A stretch of DNA of 64,000 nucleotides from Patescibacteria group bacterium. GTDB lineage: Bacteria; Patescibacteriota; Patescibacteriia; UBA9934. Shown piece after piece: positions 1 through 10,046 of the stretch (positions are counted from its first letter, which is position 1; each line of letters begins with the position of its first letter). The stretch is taken from contig JBBTSM010000003.1 of NCBI GenBank assembly GCA_038064675.1, positions 38,663-102,662 of the forward strand, given 5' to 3'. The notes below the pieces were generated by a model. It had not been told where the DNA came from. It saw only the letters and a program-made list of their open reading frames with translations, and ran no database searches. A program made the position numbers and the translations under genes.

Positions 1-706
1 CTAAAAGAAAAAGCCAGTTTTGCGAACGGACGATTTCCACAGGAATGCCACCAACAAGAATGGATGGAATAACAACGGTATAAAAAATGCGCGCCGCGTC
101 GGAGTACAGTGCTGACGGATAGAGACTTGGAGAAAGGAATGACTTATACAAGCTCATCGCGATCGAGTCTCCATCAAGCAGAAAAAACGCCGGAAGTTGC
201 GAAAGAATACTCATCGCGACCGTGATTGCTGCGCCAGGAATGATTGCGAGGAACATCATTCCAATCATCTCAGGCGTTGCCTGAATCTTTACTGCATACA
301 GCACAAGAAGTATTAACCCGAACACAGCGTCACCAAGTGCGGCAACGTCAGTCTTGCTCGTCAGTACGCGCCACAGAACCGTATTCGGCGAAAGCAAGAT
401 TCCATCAAACGATGCATCTGCTACGTATTTATTGATCCACGGCGCACCTCCAAAAAACGCAAACGCAAGACCGAATGTGATTGTGCCAAATCCAAGAAGG
501 CCAACGGAGTCCCATACATCCCAGCCGTTCACCGTGCCGAACGTGGTAAAGAAAATCGCCCACACCGCAACAAACGCACTATCATTTATCATCATGCCAA
601 ACACCTGCAAGCCAAAGGCGATACGATTTTCCAAAGCAGCACGAAGATTCGTCCTCCATGAGAGTACTGCGACGGCCCATTCATGGTGTAGTGTTTTCAC
701 GAACAT
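1..706 (-). CDS. ABC-2 family permease (3' end runs off the window)
   Basis: Hand-translated from ATG at 706 (MFVKTLHHEWAVAVLSWRTNLRAALENRIAFGLQVFGMMIND...), multi-TM and open to the window edge. Follows an ABC ATPase and a permease. Confidence 0.85.
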   Translation of the reverse strand, partial: MFVKTLHHEWAVAVLSWRTNLRAALENRIAFGLQVFGMMINDSAFVAVWAIFFTTFGTVNGWDVWDSVGLLGFGTITFGLAFAFFGGAPWINKYVADASFDGILLSPNTVLWRVLTSKTDVAALGDAVFGLILLVLYAVKIQATPEMIGMMFLAIIPGAAITVAMSILSQLPAFFLLDGDSIAMSLYKSFLSPSLYPSALYSDAARIFYTVVIPSILVGGIPVEIVRSQNWLFLL

Positions 707-707
707 A

Positions 708-1511
708 TTATCCGCCATTTACTGCAACGCGCTTCATTGCAAGATGCCACATCAATCCAACCACACCAGCCATAATCATCATCCACAATGCCTGTGATAC
801 AAAGAGGAACGGCGCGTGATGGAGAAAATCTGGAGTGAACGCCTGTGAAAATGCCATCATCGCACCGAACGGCGACCATTCCGCAATGAGCCGAAGAGCG
901 TTCGGGAACAAAACGATTGGTACAAACGCCCCACCAACAATCATCACGAGCTTATCAACGATCCACATCACTGGCATGGAATTTTCAATCCAAAATGCAC
1001 TAAGGCCGACGCAGATAAACACCATAACAGAAATAAAAATCCCAAGGACAAATAAACCAACCGTGGTCAGAAACCATACCGGGGTCGCATGCACTTCTGG
1101 CGCACCAACATACACCATAAGAAAGGAAAAGTTCACCACAAGCTGCTGGCCGAGCATCGGAATTTGCTTTCCAAGTCGGTGCGCAACACGCCACAACAAA
1201 TAATGCATCGGCTTCACAAGCCGCACCTCAATACTCCCGTCTTTCACGTCATCAGAAATGTCTCGAAAAATATATCTGGTTCCAACGCCCCAATACACAG
1301 AATACATCGCCAACGACCATAACACCGTCGCGAGATTCATTCCACGAACAGAGGCGGTGCCGATGCTACTCTGGTACACCGAAAACAAACCAAAAAGCGT
1401 GACGATGGTGCAGCCCAACGAAAAGACGAGCGGAAGCAACCGTTCGGTGGTCGATCGTGCCGCTAACTGTACGATCGTTACAAACGTTCGGAGACTATTT
1501 TGCCGCGGCAT
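708..1511 (-). CDS. ABC-2 family permease
   Basis: Hydrophobic, with DDVKDGSIEVRLVKP and GGAFVPIVLFP motifs. Likely start MPRQ at 1511 overlaps the ATPase end. Confidence 0.85.
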   Translation of the reverse strand: MPRQNSLRTFVTIVQLAARSTTERLLPLVFSLGCTIVTLFGLFSVYQSSIGTASVRGMNLATVLWSLAMYSVYWGVGTRYIFRDISDDVKDGSIEVRLVKPMHYLLWRVAHRLGKQIPMLGQQLVVNFSFLMVYVGAPEVHATPVWFLTTVGLFVLGIFISVMVFICVGLSAFWIENSMPVMWIVDKLVMIVGGAFVPIVLFPNALRLIAEWSPFGAMMAFSQAFTPDFLHHAPFLFVSQALWMMIMAGVVGLMWHLAMKRVAVNGG

Positions 1512-2478
1512 ACACAGAGGCAATAACCTCTTCAAGGGTTGGATTGGAAATATCCAAGTCGTCAACATCGTGCTGCTGCATCAACGTGCCGATAACATCG
1601 TTCACACGGTGCTTTGTGGTATCAATATCAAACGTAACCGCGCGATCGTGACGCACAATCTGCTTCGCTCCGATGAGTGAGAAGTCCTTTGCATGGTTCC
1701 CAAGATCTGCCCGAACATGCTTCACGGTAAAATATCGTTGTTGCAATGCCGCCGTTGATTCGTCAATGATGATTTTTCCATGATTCACAATAACCGTCCT
1801 GTCACACAGCGCCTCAATGTCACCAGCGTCATGCGATGTAAGGAATAGCGTCACGCCCTCCTCCTTACACAGTGTGTTCAGCACGTCTCTCAGCGATTGT
1901 TTTGCAACCACATCTAAGCCGATTGTTGGTTCGTCAAGAAAAATAATCTCCGGCTTGTGCAAGAGCGACGCGGCGATCTCTGCGCGCATACGCTGCCCAA
2001 GGGAGAGCTTCCGAACAGGTCGATCAAGAAATTCCTCCAGCGCGAACATCGACGAAAGCTGCTTTGCCCGACGACGAATCGCCAACGCCTTCATTCCATA
2101 CATCACACCAAAGAGCTCGAACGAGTCCGCAACGGGAAGATTCGCGATCAGTTGCGATCGCTGACCAAAAAGCGTTCCAATCTTGTATGAAAGCTCGCGT
2201 CGATCGCCAGTAGGATTCAGCCCGGCGACCCGCACATCTCCCGACGTTGGATGGAGAATGCCGGTCATCATTTTAATCGTTGTCGATTTTCCTGCACCAT
2301 TCGGCCCAATGAACGCTAATCGCTCGCCGCGTTCAACGGTGAGTGAAATGTTATCCACGGCATGAATAATTTTCTTATCAGGGCGCCAAAAGTTCTTCCA
2401 CGCGCCATACGCAGGATTCCGAATGATGGTAGAAAATGATTTCGAAACATTCTCAAGAACAATGTGATTCCTTGCCAT
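1495..2478 (-). CDS. ABC transporter ATP-binding protein
   Basis: Walker A GPNGAGKST, signature LSLGQ, Walker B FLDEPT. Confidence 0.95.
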   Translation of the reverse strand: MARNHIVLENVSKSFSTIIRNPAYGAWKNFWRPDKKIIHAVDNISLTVERGERLAFIGPNGAGKSTTIKMMTGILHPTSGDVRVAGLNPTGDRRELSYKIGTLFGQRSQLIANLPVADSFELFGVMYGMKALAIRRRAKQLSSMFALEEFLDRPVRKLSLGQRMRAEIAASLLHKPEIIFLDEPTIGLDVVAKQSLRDVLNTLCKEEGVTLFLTSHDAGDIEALCDRTVIVNHGKIIIDESTAALQQRYFTVKHVRADLGNHAKDFSLIGAKQIVRHDRAVTFDIDTTKHRVNDVIGTLMQQHDVDDLDISNPTLEEVIASVYAAAK

Positions 2479-2480
2479 AT

Positions 2481-5060
2481 TTACAACCCAAACGGTGGCT
2501 CTGCTGGCGCTGCGGTTCGAAGCGCCGCTGTGCCCGAACGTGCATACATTTCGTCTTCAACCTCCTGCCGATCGCGGCCATACATGAGACGAGAGATCTG
2601 TTTCAATCCATCTGCCATGTCCTTGCTTCCCTTAATTGGAGGATCAGCCTTCAGTGTGAATGGTTTTTCCTGACTTCCGTTCACCAACACCTTTGCACTC
2701 CACGTCCACGCAGCCGCATTCATCAAATCGTACGGACTAAATGTTGGTTCGAAAATCTTTCCTAACACCTCTGTATCATCCGGACCAACTTTTGCGACCA
2801 GGAATGATCCGACGTTTCCAAGCACCGCATCGCGAATCTTTGTATCCCCGTTCTTCACCAACTGACCCATGTACTGGTGTGCCATCACCAAACTCAAACG
2901 ATATTTGCGTGCCTCGGAAAGAATCGTCGCGATTGATGGATTCACGAAGTTCTGGAACTCGTCGATGTACAGCACAAAATCTTTACGATCCTTTTCTTCC
3001 GTATCACCACGGGTAAACGCCGCAATCTGTAACTTCGACACCAAGATTCCTCCAATCAGCGCTGTACACAATTCGCCGAGCTTTCCCTTGCTCAAGTTGA
3101 CGATGAGAATCTTTCCAGAATCGAGAATGTCGCGGAAATTAATCGAACTCTTCTCCTGCGAGATGATTGGACGAATAAATTCGTTGTTCACAAACTCGCT
3201 GAACTTCGACGTAATATATGGAACCATGTTCGCGAGCGATCCTTCGCCGCCCGCCTTCTCCGCCTGCTTCTCCCAGAAATCCACCACTAAACGACTCTTA
3301 CACTTCGACAGTTTCATCTTTCGGTACGCGTCGTCTGTCAGCACCTTCGCGATTTCGATCAGTGTCGAGCCACTGTTCGGATCATCCATCAATAGCAACA
3401 TCGCGTTGCTCACATACTGAATAAACATTGGACCACCCGTTGCTTTCAAATCGTACAGCTGATCGAAAATCGCCAACATCTCGTTCACCACTTTCGTTTT
3501 CTGCTCTGGGAATTCTGGATCAAACTCCAACATGTTCAAACCGAACGGTCGCTCAATGTCGCCAGGATTGAAGTAAATCACATCGTCGATACGATCCTTT
3601 GGTACCAATCCCAAACACCCTTCAGCCAAGTCACCATGCGGATCAATCACCGCAACGCCAAGACCATTCGCAATATCCTGCGCAACAAGATTTTGAATGT
3701 ATTCCGATTTTCCGGAACCTGTTTTACCAATAATGTACAAATGTCTGCGACGATCCGCGATGCCAAGACGTACAACGGTCTCTTTGCTGCGATAGATGTT
3801 TGTCCCAATGCGCAACCCTTCTGTTGGCATATTGAGCGGTGCTGGTGCGATGCGCGCAAGCATCCACCGAATGTTCGGCGTGTCGGTAGACGGCAACGGC
3901 ATGTGCCACAATCCCGCCATCTCTTCCGTGTTCAAAACGATAGAATGCTTCTCGGAGAATCTGCGGTAAATAAAATCCTTCAAGATGCCATCTTTTCCGC
4001 GAGGAATTACTTTCGTGAATGAATTTCCAAATTCGTAAATGTTAAATTGGTTGAACGCAGAAAACACGTTGTCGAGGTACGACTTCGCGATGTCTGGCGT
4101 AGAGCCACATGCGATGATGCGGATATTCGCCTCCATGCCAGCCTTTGAGATTTTATTCTCAATACCCTCCAACATCTTCGTTTCCGCCTGGCTGAGCTTG
4201 CGATCCTTTCGTTTCTGTTCTTCTTTTTCCTTAGATTCCTTTGTGCCAAACCAGCCGGAAAAGAAGTTTCCACCATGTTCAGCCTCGTGCAACGTCATGC
4301 CCTCTTGCATATGACGAACAATCTTTGCGCCTCTATCACGCCAACCATGATGCGTTGCCCGAATAATGTATTGAATTGCCACGCCATCAGCATCCGCCAC
4401 CTTCGACATCGCGTTTGTGAGCGGATTCAAGGGATCGCTCTCAAGGTCCTTATACGTCTTTACCGGGAACACACTACTCCGCTTCAACGTAACATAGCCA
4501 CCAAGCATCGTGCCCTGTGGCGAGAACATGTTGTAATCCAATACTTCCTCAAATTGCGCGTCGCTCCACTGTGCGTGTAATTGCTGCTCAAAAAACGCGC
4601 GCATGTTTTTTGGAAGCGTTACGTAAAACGTCACCAATTTTTTGTGCGCAACAATTTCCAGTGCAACAGCGTCAGAACGACCAAAAAACCACGCAGAAAT
4701 ACCATGATGAGGTTTTAAGCCACCAATTGCCGCGTAAATTCCCTCTGCCATCGCAATATGTTCCTTGATCTGCGACGTTGCCTCATTTTGTTTTGCGTCT
4801 TCCTGATTACGGAATCGTGGAATTGTCACCATCAACGTAATGGTTGAATCTTCCCCGCCACGCAAGTGGCTTTGCGCGATAAGTCGAGAACGAATAAACA
4901 ACACCATTGCGGCGGCAATGCCCACAACGGAAGCAACAATGAAGAGCATCGGAAGAATGTCGCTCAACGACGACGTTGCAACAGCCGGCGACAACGTTGG
5001 AGCAAGGTCGTCCAGCCCGTATGGATTTGATTTTGCAAGGGCAAGAAGCGTATTCAGCAC
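2481..5060 (-). CDS. Type IV coupling protein-like (TraD/VirD4/DUF87) ATPase with N-terminal membrane anchor
   Basis: RRRHLYIIGKTGSGKS, IDPHGDL, LYIDEFQNF, SEARKYRLSLVMAHQY. Confidence 0.85.
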   Translation of the reverse strand: MLNTLLALAKSNPYGLDDLAPTLSPAVATSSLSDILPMLFIVASVVGIAAAMVLFIRSRLIAQSHLRGGEDSTITLMVTIPRFRNQEDAKQNEATSQIKEHIAMAEGIYAAIGGLKPHHGISAWFFGRSDAVALEIVAHKKLVTFYVTLPKNMRAFFEQQLHAQWSDAQFEEVLDYNMFSPQGTMLGGYVTLKRSSVFPVKTYKDLESDPLNPLTNAMSKVADADGVAIQYIIRATHHGWRDRGAKIVRHMQEGMTLHEAEHGGNFFSGWFGTKESKEKEEQKRKDRKLSQAETKMLEGIENKISKAGMEANIRIIACGSTPDIAKSYLDNVFSAFNQFNIYEFGNSFTKVIPRGKDGILKDFIYRRFSEKHSIVLNTEEMAGLWHMPLPSTDTPNIRWMLARIAPAPLNMPTEGLRIGTNIYRSKETVVRLGIADRRRHLYIIGKTGSGKSEYIQNLVAQDIANGLGVAVIDPHGDLAEGCLGLVPKDRIDDVIYFNPGDIERPFGLNMLEFDPEFPEQKTKVVNEMLAIFDQLYDLKATGGPMFIQYVSNAMLLLMDDPNSGSTLIEIAKVLTDDAYRKMKLSKCKSRLVVDFWEKQAEKAGGEGSLANMVPYITSKFSEFVNNEFIRPIISQEKSSINFRDILDSGKILIVNLSKGKLGELCTALIGGILVSKLQIAAFTRGDTEEKDRKDFVLYIDEFQNFVNPSIATILSEARKYRLSLVMAHQYMGQLVKNGDTKIRDAVLGNVGSFLVAKVGPDDTEVLGKIFEPTFSPYDLMNAAAWTWSAKVLVNGSQEKPFTLKADPPIKGSKDMADGLKQISRLMYGRDRQEVEDEMYARSGTAALRTAAPAEPPFGL

Positions 5061-5198
5061 AGAAAATAATGTTATTAGGGCTTTCTCATTTGAGACTATT
5101 TTCGATGAACCAGGAGCAAAGTTCGCGAGACGTACTTCATGTGTACGTTGAGCGAATTTGCGACGCAGTGAGTCGAAAAGAGGCCAAATGAGGAAGTC

Positions 5199-5675
5199 CT
5201 ATTGGTGAGCCGATTCTGCGAACATCATAACGCGGTCGGTTTTAATCTTCATTTCTTGTTCCAAGAAGTATTTGTTGATCCCCGGCAAGCTTCCAAGCCA
5301 TTCCATCACCAATTTCCACACCTCCTTCGCTTTGGCCTTTCCGAAAATGATCATGTCTGTAATTTTGTTCGCGATTTCCTCCCCTTTCTGACGAAACACG
5401 AGCTGACGATCCTTCGGCAGCGCTTTATACGTATCGCCAAGACCGTCGGAAAGAATTTCTTCAACATCCTTGAGCATCTTTGCGCGAGGATCAGTGGCAA
5501 CCTGCGACGGCGCCGCACGCTGAGCTGTCTGCTGTACAGGAACCGCGGCACTGATCGCCGCCTCATTCTGCTGCGGAGCAACGCTCGTTTCACGCTCAAC
5601 AGAAGACTCCACCCCGCCAGTAGCTGGTGTTTCTGCTCGTGGCAGGATATTCGAGACGCGTTCAAGTTCGGGCAT
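5199..5675 (-). CDS. Hypothetical protein
   Basis: Long ORF with low-complexity N-terminus and helical C-terminus (LPGINKYFLEQEMKIKTD). Start taken at MPELE. Confidence 0.75.
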   Translation of the reverse strand: MPELERVSNILPRAETPATGGVESSVERETSVAPQQNEAAISAAVPVQQTAQRAAPSQVATDPRAKMLKDVEEILSDGLGDTYKALPKDRQLVFRQKGEEIANKITDMIIFGKAKAKEVWKLVMEWLGSLPGINKYFLEQEMKIKTDRVMMFAESAHQ

Positions 5676-5751
5676 GACACCATTATACAACATCGGAAAA
5701 TCCCCGAAATTCAAAAGCCCCAGACCTCTGTTCGGCCCGGGGCATTCTGCT

Positions 5752-7149
5752 TTACCAAACCTCCTTCAGTTTCTGCCCGCTTGGCGTGTCGTCGATGTCA
5801 AAGCTAAGCTTTAACACTTCGTCCCGTAACTCATCGGATTTCTTCCAATCCTTGTTCGATCTTGCCACTTCGCGATCGGTGACCAGCTTCTCGACAGCGC
5901 TCGGAATCGCTAATGGTCGGGCAACAACATCTTCCAGCGCAAGGCCGAGAATTTCGTCCATCGCAAGGAGCGTCGCCGATTTCACTGAACGCTCCATTGA
6001 TACGTGATTGAGTACGCCGTAAAAGATCGCGAGTGCGCCGGGCGTGTCGAGATCGTCGTTAATGTGTTCCATGAACTGCACCATAGATTCCGCATCTGCT
6101 TCGCTCGGCTTCGGCAAATCGCGAACCGCGTTTCGAATATTCCCGAGTGCGATGTGCGACGCCCCAACCGCATCCCACGTGAAGTTCTGCGGCGTTCGAT
6201 AATGTGCGCCGAGGATAAAGAGACGGAAACTCAAGGGATGAATCTTATGCGCCTCCAGATCGGCAACCGTATACGTATTGTTCAACGACTTACTCATCTT
6301 CCCGCCATCAATCTGCAGGAATTCATTATGCATCCAAAAATTCGCTTCAAGACAGTTTCTTGCGGCAAGTGTCTGCGCGATCTCGTTTTCATGATGAACC
6401 GCAATGTGATCGATTCCGCCAGTGTGCACATCGAATGGAACGCCGAGATATTTCTCGCTCATCGCAGAGCATTCAATGTGCCAACCCGGAAACCCAACGC
6501 CCCACGGCGATTCCCACTCCATCTGTCGCTTCTGGGTTGCTGCGTCCGAGCTCGGCGACGGTGAAAACTTCCACAGTGCAAAATCTGACGCATTCTTTTT
6601 GTCTCCAATTGATACGCGAGCGCCACCTTCTTTCTCATCGAGCGACTGCCCGGAAAGCTGGCCGTACGATGAAAGCTTAGACGTATCGAAATACACTCCA
6701 TCCGCAATCGTGTACGTGTAGCCATTCTTCTCGATCTCCTGAATCATCGCGATCTGTTCGGCGATGTGATCAGTTGCCTTCGGGCTGACATGCGGCATGA
6801 GCATGTTGAACCTTTTCATGTCCTCAAAGTAGAGCGCCGTATATTTCGCTGCGATATCCCACGCACTCTCCCCGGTTTTCTCACTCATCATCTGCAGCTT
6901 CTCCGCACCACCGTCAAGATCGCCAACCAAATGTCCAACGTCGGTAATATTAATGGCCTGCGTTACCGCATAGTCGTTCGCCTCAAACATTCTGCGCAGC
7001 GTATCCGCCATGAGGAACGCACGAAAGTTTCCGATGTGTCCACGACCGTAGACCGTAAGACCGCAGCTGTAGATTCCCACTTTTCCCGGCACCAATGGCG
7101 CAAAGGCCTGTTTTTTTCGCCCAAGCGTATTGAAAAGATGAATCGCCAT
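5752..7149 (-). CDS. cysS: Cysteine--tRNA ligase
   Basis: YSCGLTVY-HIGN, PGWHIECSAMS, DVHTGGIDH, KMSKS. Confidence 0.98.
   Translation of the reverse strand: MAIHLFNTLGRKKQAFAPLVPGKVGIYSCGLTVYGRGHIGNFRAFLMADTLRRMFEANDYAVTQAINITDVGHLVGDLDGGAEKLQMMSEKTGESAWDIAAKYTALYFEDMKRFNMLMPHVSPKATDHIAEQIAMIQEIEKNGYTYTIADGVYFDTSKLSSYGQLSGQSLDEKEGGARVSIGDKKNASDFALWKFSPSPSSDAATQKRQMEWESPWGVGFPGWHIECSAMSEKYLGVPFDVHTGGIDHIAVHHENEIAQTLAARNCLEANFWMHNEFLQIDGGKMSKSLNNTYTVADLEAHKIHPLSFRLFILGAHYRTPQNFTWDAVGASHIALGNIRNAVRDLPKPSEADAESMVQFMEHINDDLDTPGALAIFYGVLNHVSMERSVKSATLLAMDEILGLALEDVVARPLAIPSAVEKLVTDREVARSNKDWKKSDELRDEVLKLSFDIDDTPSGQKLKEVW
5796..5816. repeat. REP copy (RAYT family B) inside cysS coding sequence
   Basis: TGTCAAAGCTAAGCTTTAACA is the exact reverse complement of 24345-24365 beside the RAYT gene. 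Confidence 0.9.
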
Positions 7150-7162
7150 AGATGGGAGGAGT

Positions 7163-7414
7163 TTAGCAGATCGCTCCCTCTTCTCGCAATCGTGTTTCTT
7201 TTTGTGCGGCTCCGCGGTTGTACCCGCCCAACGCTCCGTCTGATCGAATCACACGATGGCACGGGATATCGGAATTGAAATTCGTTTTCATTATTGCTCC
7301 AACCGCACGAGACGCCTTCGCGTTCCCTGCGGCAATCGCAACGTTCTTGTACGACATCGTACTGCCCTTCGGAATCTTCGCGACGACAGCGAGCACGCGA
7401 TCTCGAAATGTCAT
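7163..7414 (-). CDS. Methylated-DNA-protein-cysteine methyltransferase (MGMT/Ogt C-terminal domain only)
   Basis: IPKGSTMSY, ASRAVG, and active-site IPCHRV. Confidence 0.9.
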   Translation of the reverse strand: MTFRDRVLAVVAKIPKGSTMSYKNVAIAAGNAKASRAVGAIMKTNFNSDIPCHRVIRSDGALGGYNRGAAQKETRLREEGAIC

Positions 7415-7420
7415 ATCCGA

Positions 7421-7891
7421 TTATGCCGTGACATGCTGCATCGCCCTGATCTTCTGTCGTTGATAGCGGCCCTCGAGTGTTCCTTGCGCCAAGATGTGAC
7501 CTTCCATTGCCTCTTCGATCACCTGACGTGGTGCGCCGTGGCCGATGTCGAGAATACAATCGAGCGCGTAGCCGATGAATCGATATTCATGTTCACCAAC
7601 TCCTGGACATGGGCCGCCGTATCCAACCTCGCTAAAATCGGTCTCACCTTCACGTGCGCCTTGTGGAACGCTGTTCTCGCGAATCACTCGCGTGGTTGGT
7701 GCAATGTTCCACACACTCCAATGCAACCAGTTACCAGAAGGCGATGATGGATCATCTACCAAAACCGCAATACTCTGCGTGTCTCCAGGAACGTCGTCGA
7801 ATACGAGTTCTGGATTCACATCCTTCCCATCGCAAGTATATTTTGCGGGGATCATCTCACCACTGAAGAACGCTGGAGACGTGACACGCAT
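7421..7891 (-). CDS. YbhB/YbcL (PEBP) family protein
   Basis: YTCDGKDVNPEL, DDP, HW, GYGGPCP, HEY motifs. Confidence 0.93.
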   Translation of the reverse strand: MRVTSPAFFSGEMIPAKYTCDGKDVNPELVFDDVPGDTQSIAVLVDDPSSPSGNWLHWSVWNIAPTTRVIRENSVPQGAREGETDFSEVGYGGPCPGVGEHEYRFIGYALDCILDIGHGAPRQVIEEAMEGHILAQGTLEGRYQRQKIRAMQHVTA

Positions 7892-8096
7892 AGATGTCGA
7901 TGACTAGTGACGGCGCACAAGATCGTCATGAAGCGCGATGATGTGTTGCATTGTACAAACGCATGAAGAAAGCGTGAAGCACAACCATCCACATGTGCAC
8001 CACTCACTTGACGAGAAATATTTTCAGCGAAATCGAAAACGCGGCCCGTTGCGTTGGGCCGCGTTTCGTCTGCAATGCACCGTGAAGAGCATGCAA

Positions 8097-8480
8097 TCAC
8101 ACCGTCTGAACCAGCACGAGACGAGGCCGCGACAACGCATTCGTCTTACACCGAGCAACGGCGATCGCCGAAGGATCATTCACGATCACATCCATCTCGT
8201 GATAGTTCGGATCGGTACGCTGCGCGTCCGCGACGTTGCGATACGCGAAAATGATCCGCGACCCCATGCCGAGCATCTCACGAATCTCCTCAAGGTTCGC
8301 GCCCTTGCCGAAGCTGGCCAGGGTGAGCGGCGCGATTCCACTCCCGACGCGGAGCCGAACCCACTCTCGTGTCGCGTCTTTTTCCACGACCACATGGAAC
8401 TGGTGTAGGCTGGGATCGCGAGAAGACGATGGCAGAAGAAAGTCGTCGTAACCGACGACGGTGCCGGTAAACTCGAACAT
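8097..8480 (-). CDS. Orphan hypothetical protein
   Basis: GC3-rich ORF with an upstream GAGG and its own downstream hairpin at about 8037-8066. Confidence 0.6.
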   Translation of the reverse strand: MFEFTGTVVGYDDFLLPSSSRDPSLHQFHVVVEKDATREWVRLRVGSGIAPLTLASFGKGANLEEIREMLGMGSRIIFAYRNVADAQRTDPNYHEMDVIVNDPSAIAVARCKTNALSRPRLVLVQTV

Positions 8481-8581
8481 GTGAGCCTCTGCGGAGTGGT
8501 AGGGCCAGAACAGGCCCCGGTGGGATGTGTCGTCCAGATTGGACAGGTCACGCTATCACAGTATCAGAAAAAGTTGAAGGT

Positions 8582-8980
8582 TTACCAAATCTTCCACCAC
8601 GGCTTCTTTGCTTGTCCGTCGCTCATTTCGCTCAAGGGTAATCCCGAGCGCTCACTTCGCTCGTTCTCCTGCTCCGGCTCCACAAACTTCACCCACCCGT
8701 CAATTCGGCGCATCTCCTTCTCGATGGTTGGCCCTTCATATTCACCGCTGTGCATGTGATTCGATCCGTACGACGGCTTCTTTTGGTCCAGGTGGAGGCT
8801 AAAGGTCACTTCGTCATTCTTATGATCAACATACAAATGGAATCGCGGATAAAACTCCCCCGTCAACCGCAACACAAAACTGCTTTCCCCACTCTGCGGA
8901 TCCGTAAACGCCGAATACCCCGCCTTCCGCAGAACGGCCAACGGGCTGTGCATGACGGCTTTGTCGTAGGTAACTTTCAT
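8582..8980 (-). CDS. Hypothetical protein; C-terminus carries an in-frame repeat
   Basis: YPRFHLYV...LHLDQKKPSY...HSGEYEG, ending KKPWWKIW. Start MKVTY. Confidence 0.75.
   Translation of the reverse strand: MKVTYDKAVMHSPLAVLRKAGYSAFTDPQSGESSFVLRLTGEFYPRFHLYVDHKNDEVTFSLHLDQKKPSYGSNHMHSGEYEGPTIEKEMRRIDGWVKFVEPEQENERSERSGLPLSEMSDGQAKKPWWKIW
8619..8663. repeat. TCGCTCA-type repeat (family D), in frame
   Basis: 8628-8654 matches 38924-38950 at 26/27 nt. Confidence 0.8.
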
Positions 8981-8990
8981 AATCCAGAAA

Positions 8991-9734
8991 TCAATCGATC
9001 CTAATGGCGCATCCGCTTGTTCCCGTATATTTACCAATAATAATGCCTACAGAACAAACGAATTGGCAATCGGTCATTCGAATATTATTCTCATCGACCC
9101 TCATCTCATTATCATGGATCGAGACTGAATGTTCTTTGAATCTCAAAGTACCACGATCAATCACGAGTTTGTTTGGAACAACAAAACGCATCCGAATGAG
9201 AAACTTTCCGCGCCCCGCTCTCAGTGTAAGTTGATTAGTTTGAAATTCGATGTCCCATGGATCCATTGAATACACAAGTTCATTCTCACGAATCGCCAAT
9301 ATTAGCTCACCCTTCTCGTTAAAAAGCCTAACATAAAGCAAAAGAGTTTCACCATCTGACTTGTAGCCGATGATAGGCTGATCTTCAATGATTAAAGGAA
9401 CCTGTGTTTGAAAAATATTTCCACCCAGCACGGTCACCAAATTACCACCGGCGTAATTCAAAAAGTAAGGCTTGCTAATTCCTTTCTGAAGATTGTAAGG
9501 ATTGGAGTTAGCGTTCCTTACAGCATTTCGCGATAGAAGCTTATTCGTAACCTGCTTATGATGAGAGTCGCATAGAAGAGTAATATCTTCCTCGCGATGT
9601 TCTTTGGTATTTGCCCAACCGTTCATGTGATCGTATTCGTAAAGCGGAATGCCACAAATAACGCATCCAAAGCCACATCGCGTCCTGATATTACGAAGCA
9701 TTGCATCAGGTATTTTTGGGCGAGATTCTTTCAT
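8991..9734 (-). CDS. HNH endonuclease domain protein
   Basis: CGFGCVICG...YDH...H...ITLLCDSHH zinc/HNH motif. AT-richer than neighbours. Confidence 0.8.
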   Translation of the reverse strand: MKESRPKIPDAMLRNIRTRCGFGCVICGIPLYEYDHMNGWANTKEHREEDITLLCDSHHKQVTNKLLSRNAVRNANSNPYNLQKGISKPYFLNYAGGNLVTVLGGNIFQTQVPLIIEDQPIIGYKSDGETLLLYVRLFNEKGELILAIRENELVYSMDPWDIEFQTNQLTLRAGRGKFLIRMRFVVPNKLVIDRGTLRFKEHSVSIHDNEMRVDENNIRMTDCQFVCSVGIIIGKYTGTSGCAIRID

Positions 9735-9749
9735 TACTTGAGTGTAACA

Positions 9750-9777
9750 AAAAAGAACCGCGGAGGCGATTCTTTTT
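9750..9777 (-). terminator. Probable intrinsic terminator after tRNA-Pro(CGG)
   Basis: AAAAAGAACCGC-GGAG-GCGATTCTTTTT hairpin directly downstream of CCA. Confidence 0.65.
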
Positions 9778-9852
9778 GGTCGGACTAGCGGGGCTCGAAC
9801 CCACGACCTCGTCGTCCCGAACGACGCGCGCTACCAACTGCGCTATAGTCCG
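9777..9852 (-). tRNA. tRNA-Pro(CGG)
   Basis: CGGACTATAGCGCAGTTGGTAGCGCGCGTCG-TTCGGGA-CGACGAGGTCGTGGGTTCGAGCCCCGCTAGTCCGACCA, a 76-nt cloverleaf with encoded CCA. Confidence 0.97.
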
Positions 9853-9957
9853 ATATTGGTGATTGTGACGCAAAGATAGTACTCCCGGTGTACATCTCGA
9901 TTCAAGCAGTTGCGAAGTGCACATTTTTCAGTTACTCTTTTCGGGCACCGGAAATCC

Positions 9958-10045
9958 GGAAGGGTCGCATAGTGGCCTAGTGCGCACGCCTGGAACGCGT
10001 GTATACCGCAAGGTATCGAGAGTTCGAATCTCTCCCCTTCCGCCA
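9958..10045 (+). tRNA. tRNA-Ser(GGA)
   Basis: GGAAGGG/CCCTTCC acceptor stem, anticodon arm CACGC-CTGGAAC-GCGTG, long variable arm, TTCGAAT loop, GCCA end. Confidence 0.97.
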
Positions 10046-10046
10046 G

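Noticed and set aside
2481-5060. Conjugative element/ICE
   Set aside because: No relaxase, VirB4, integrase or att sites in the window.
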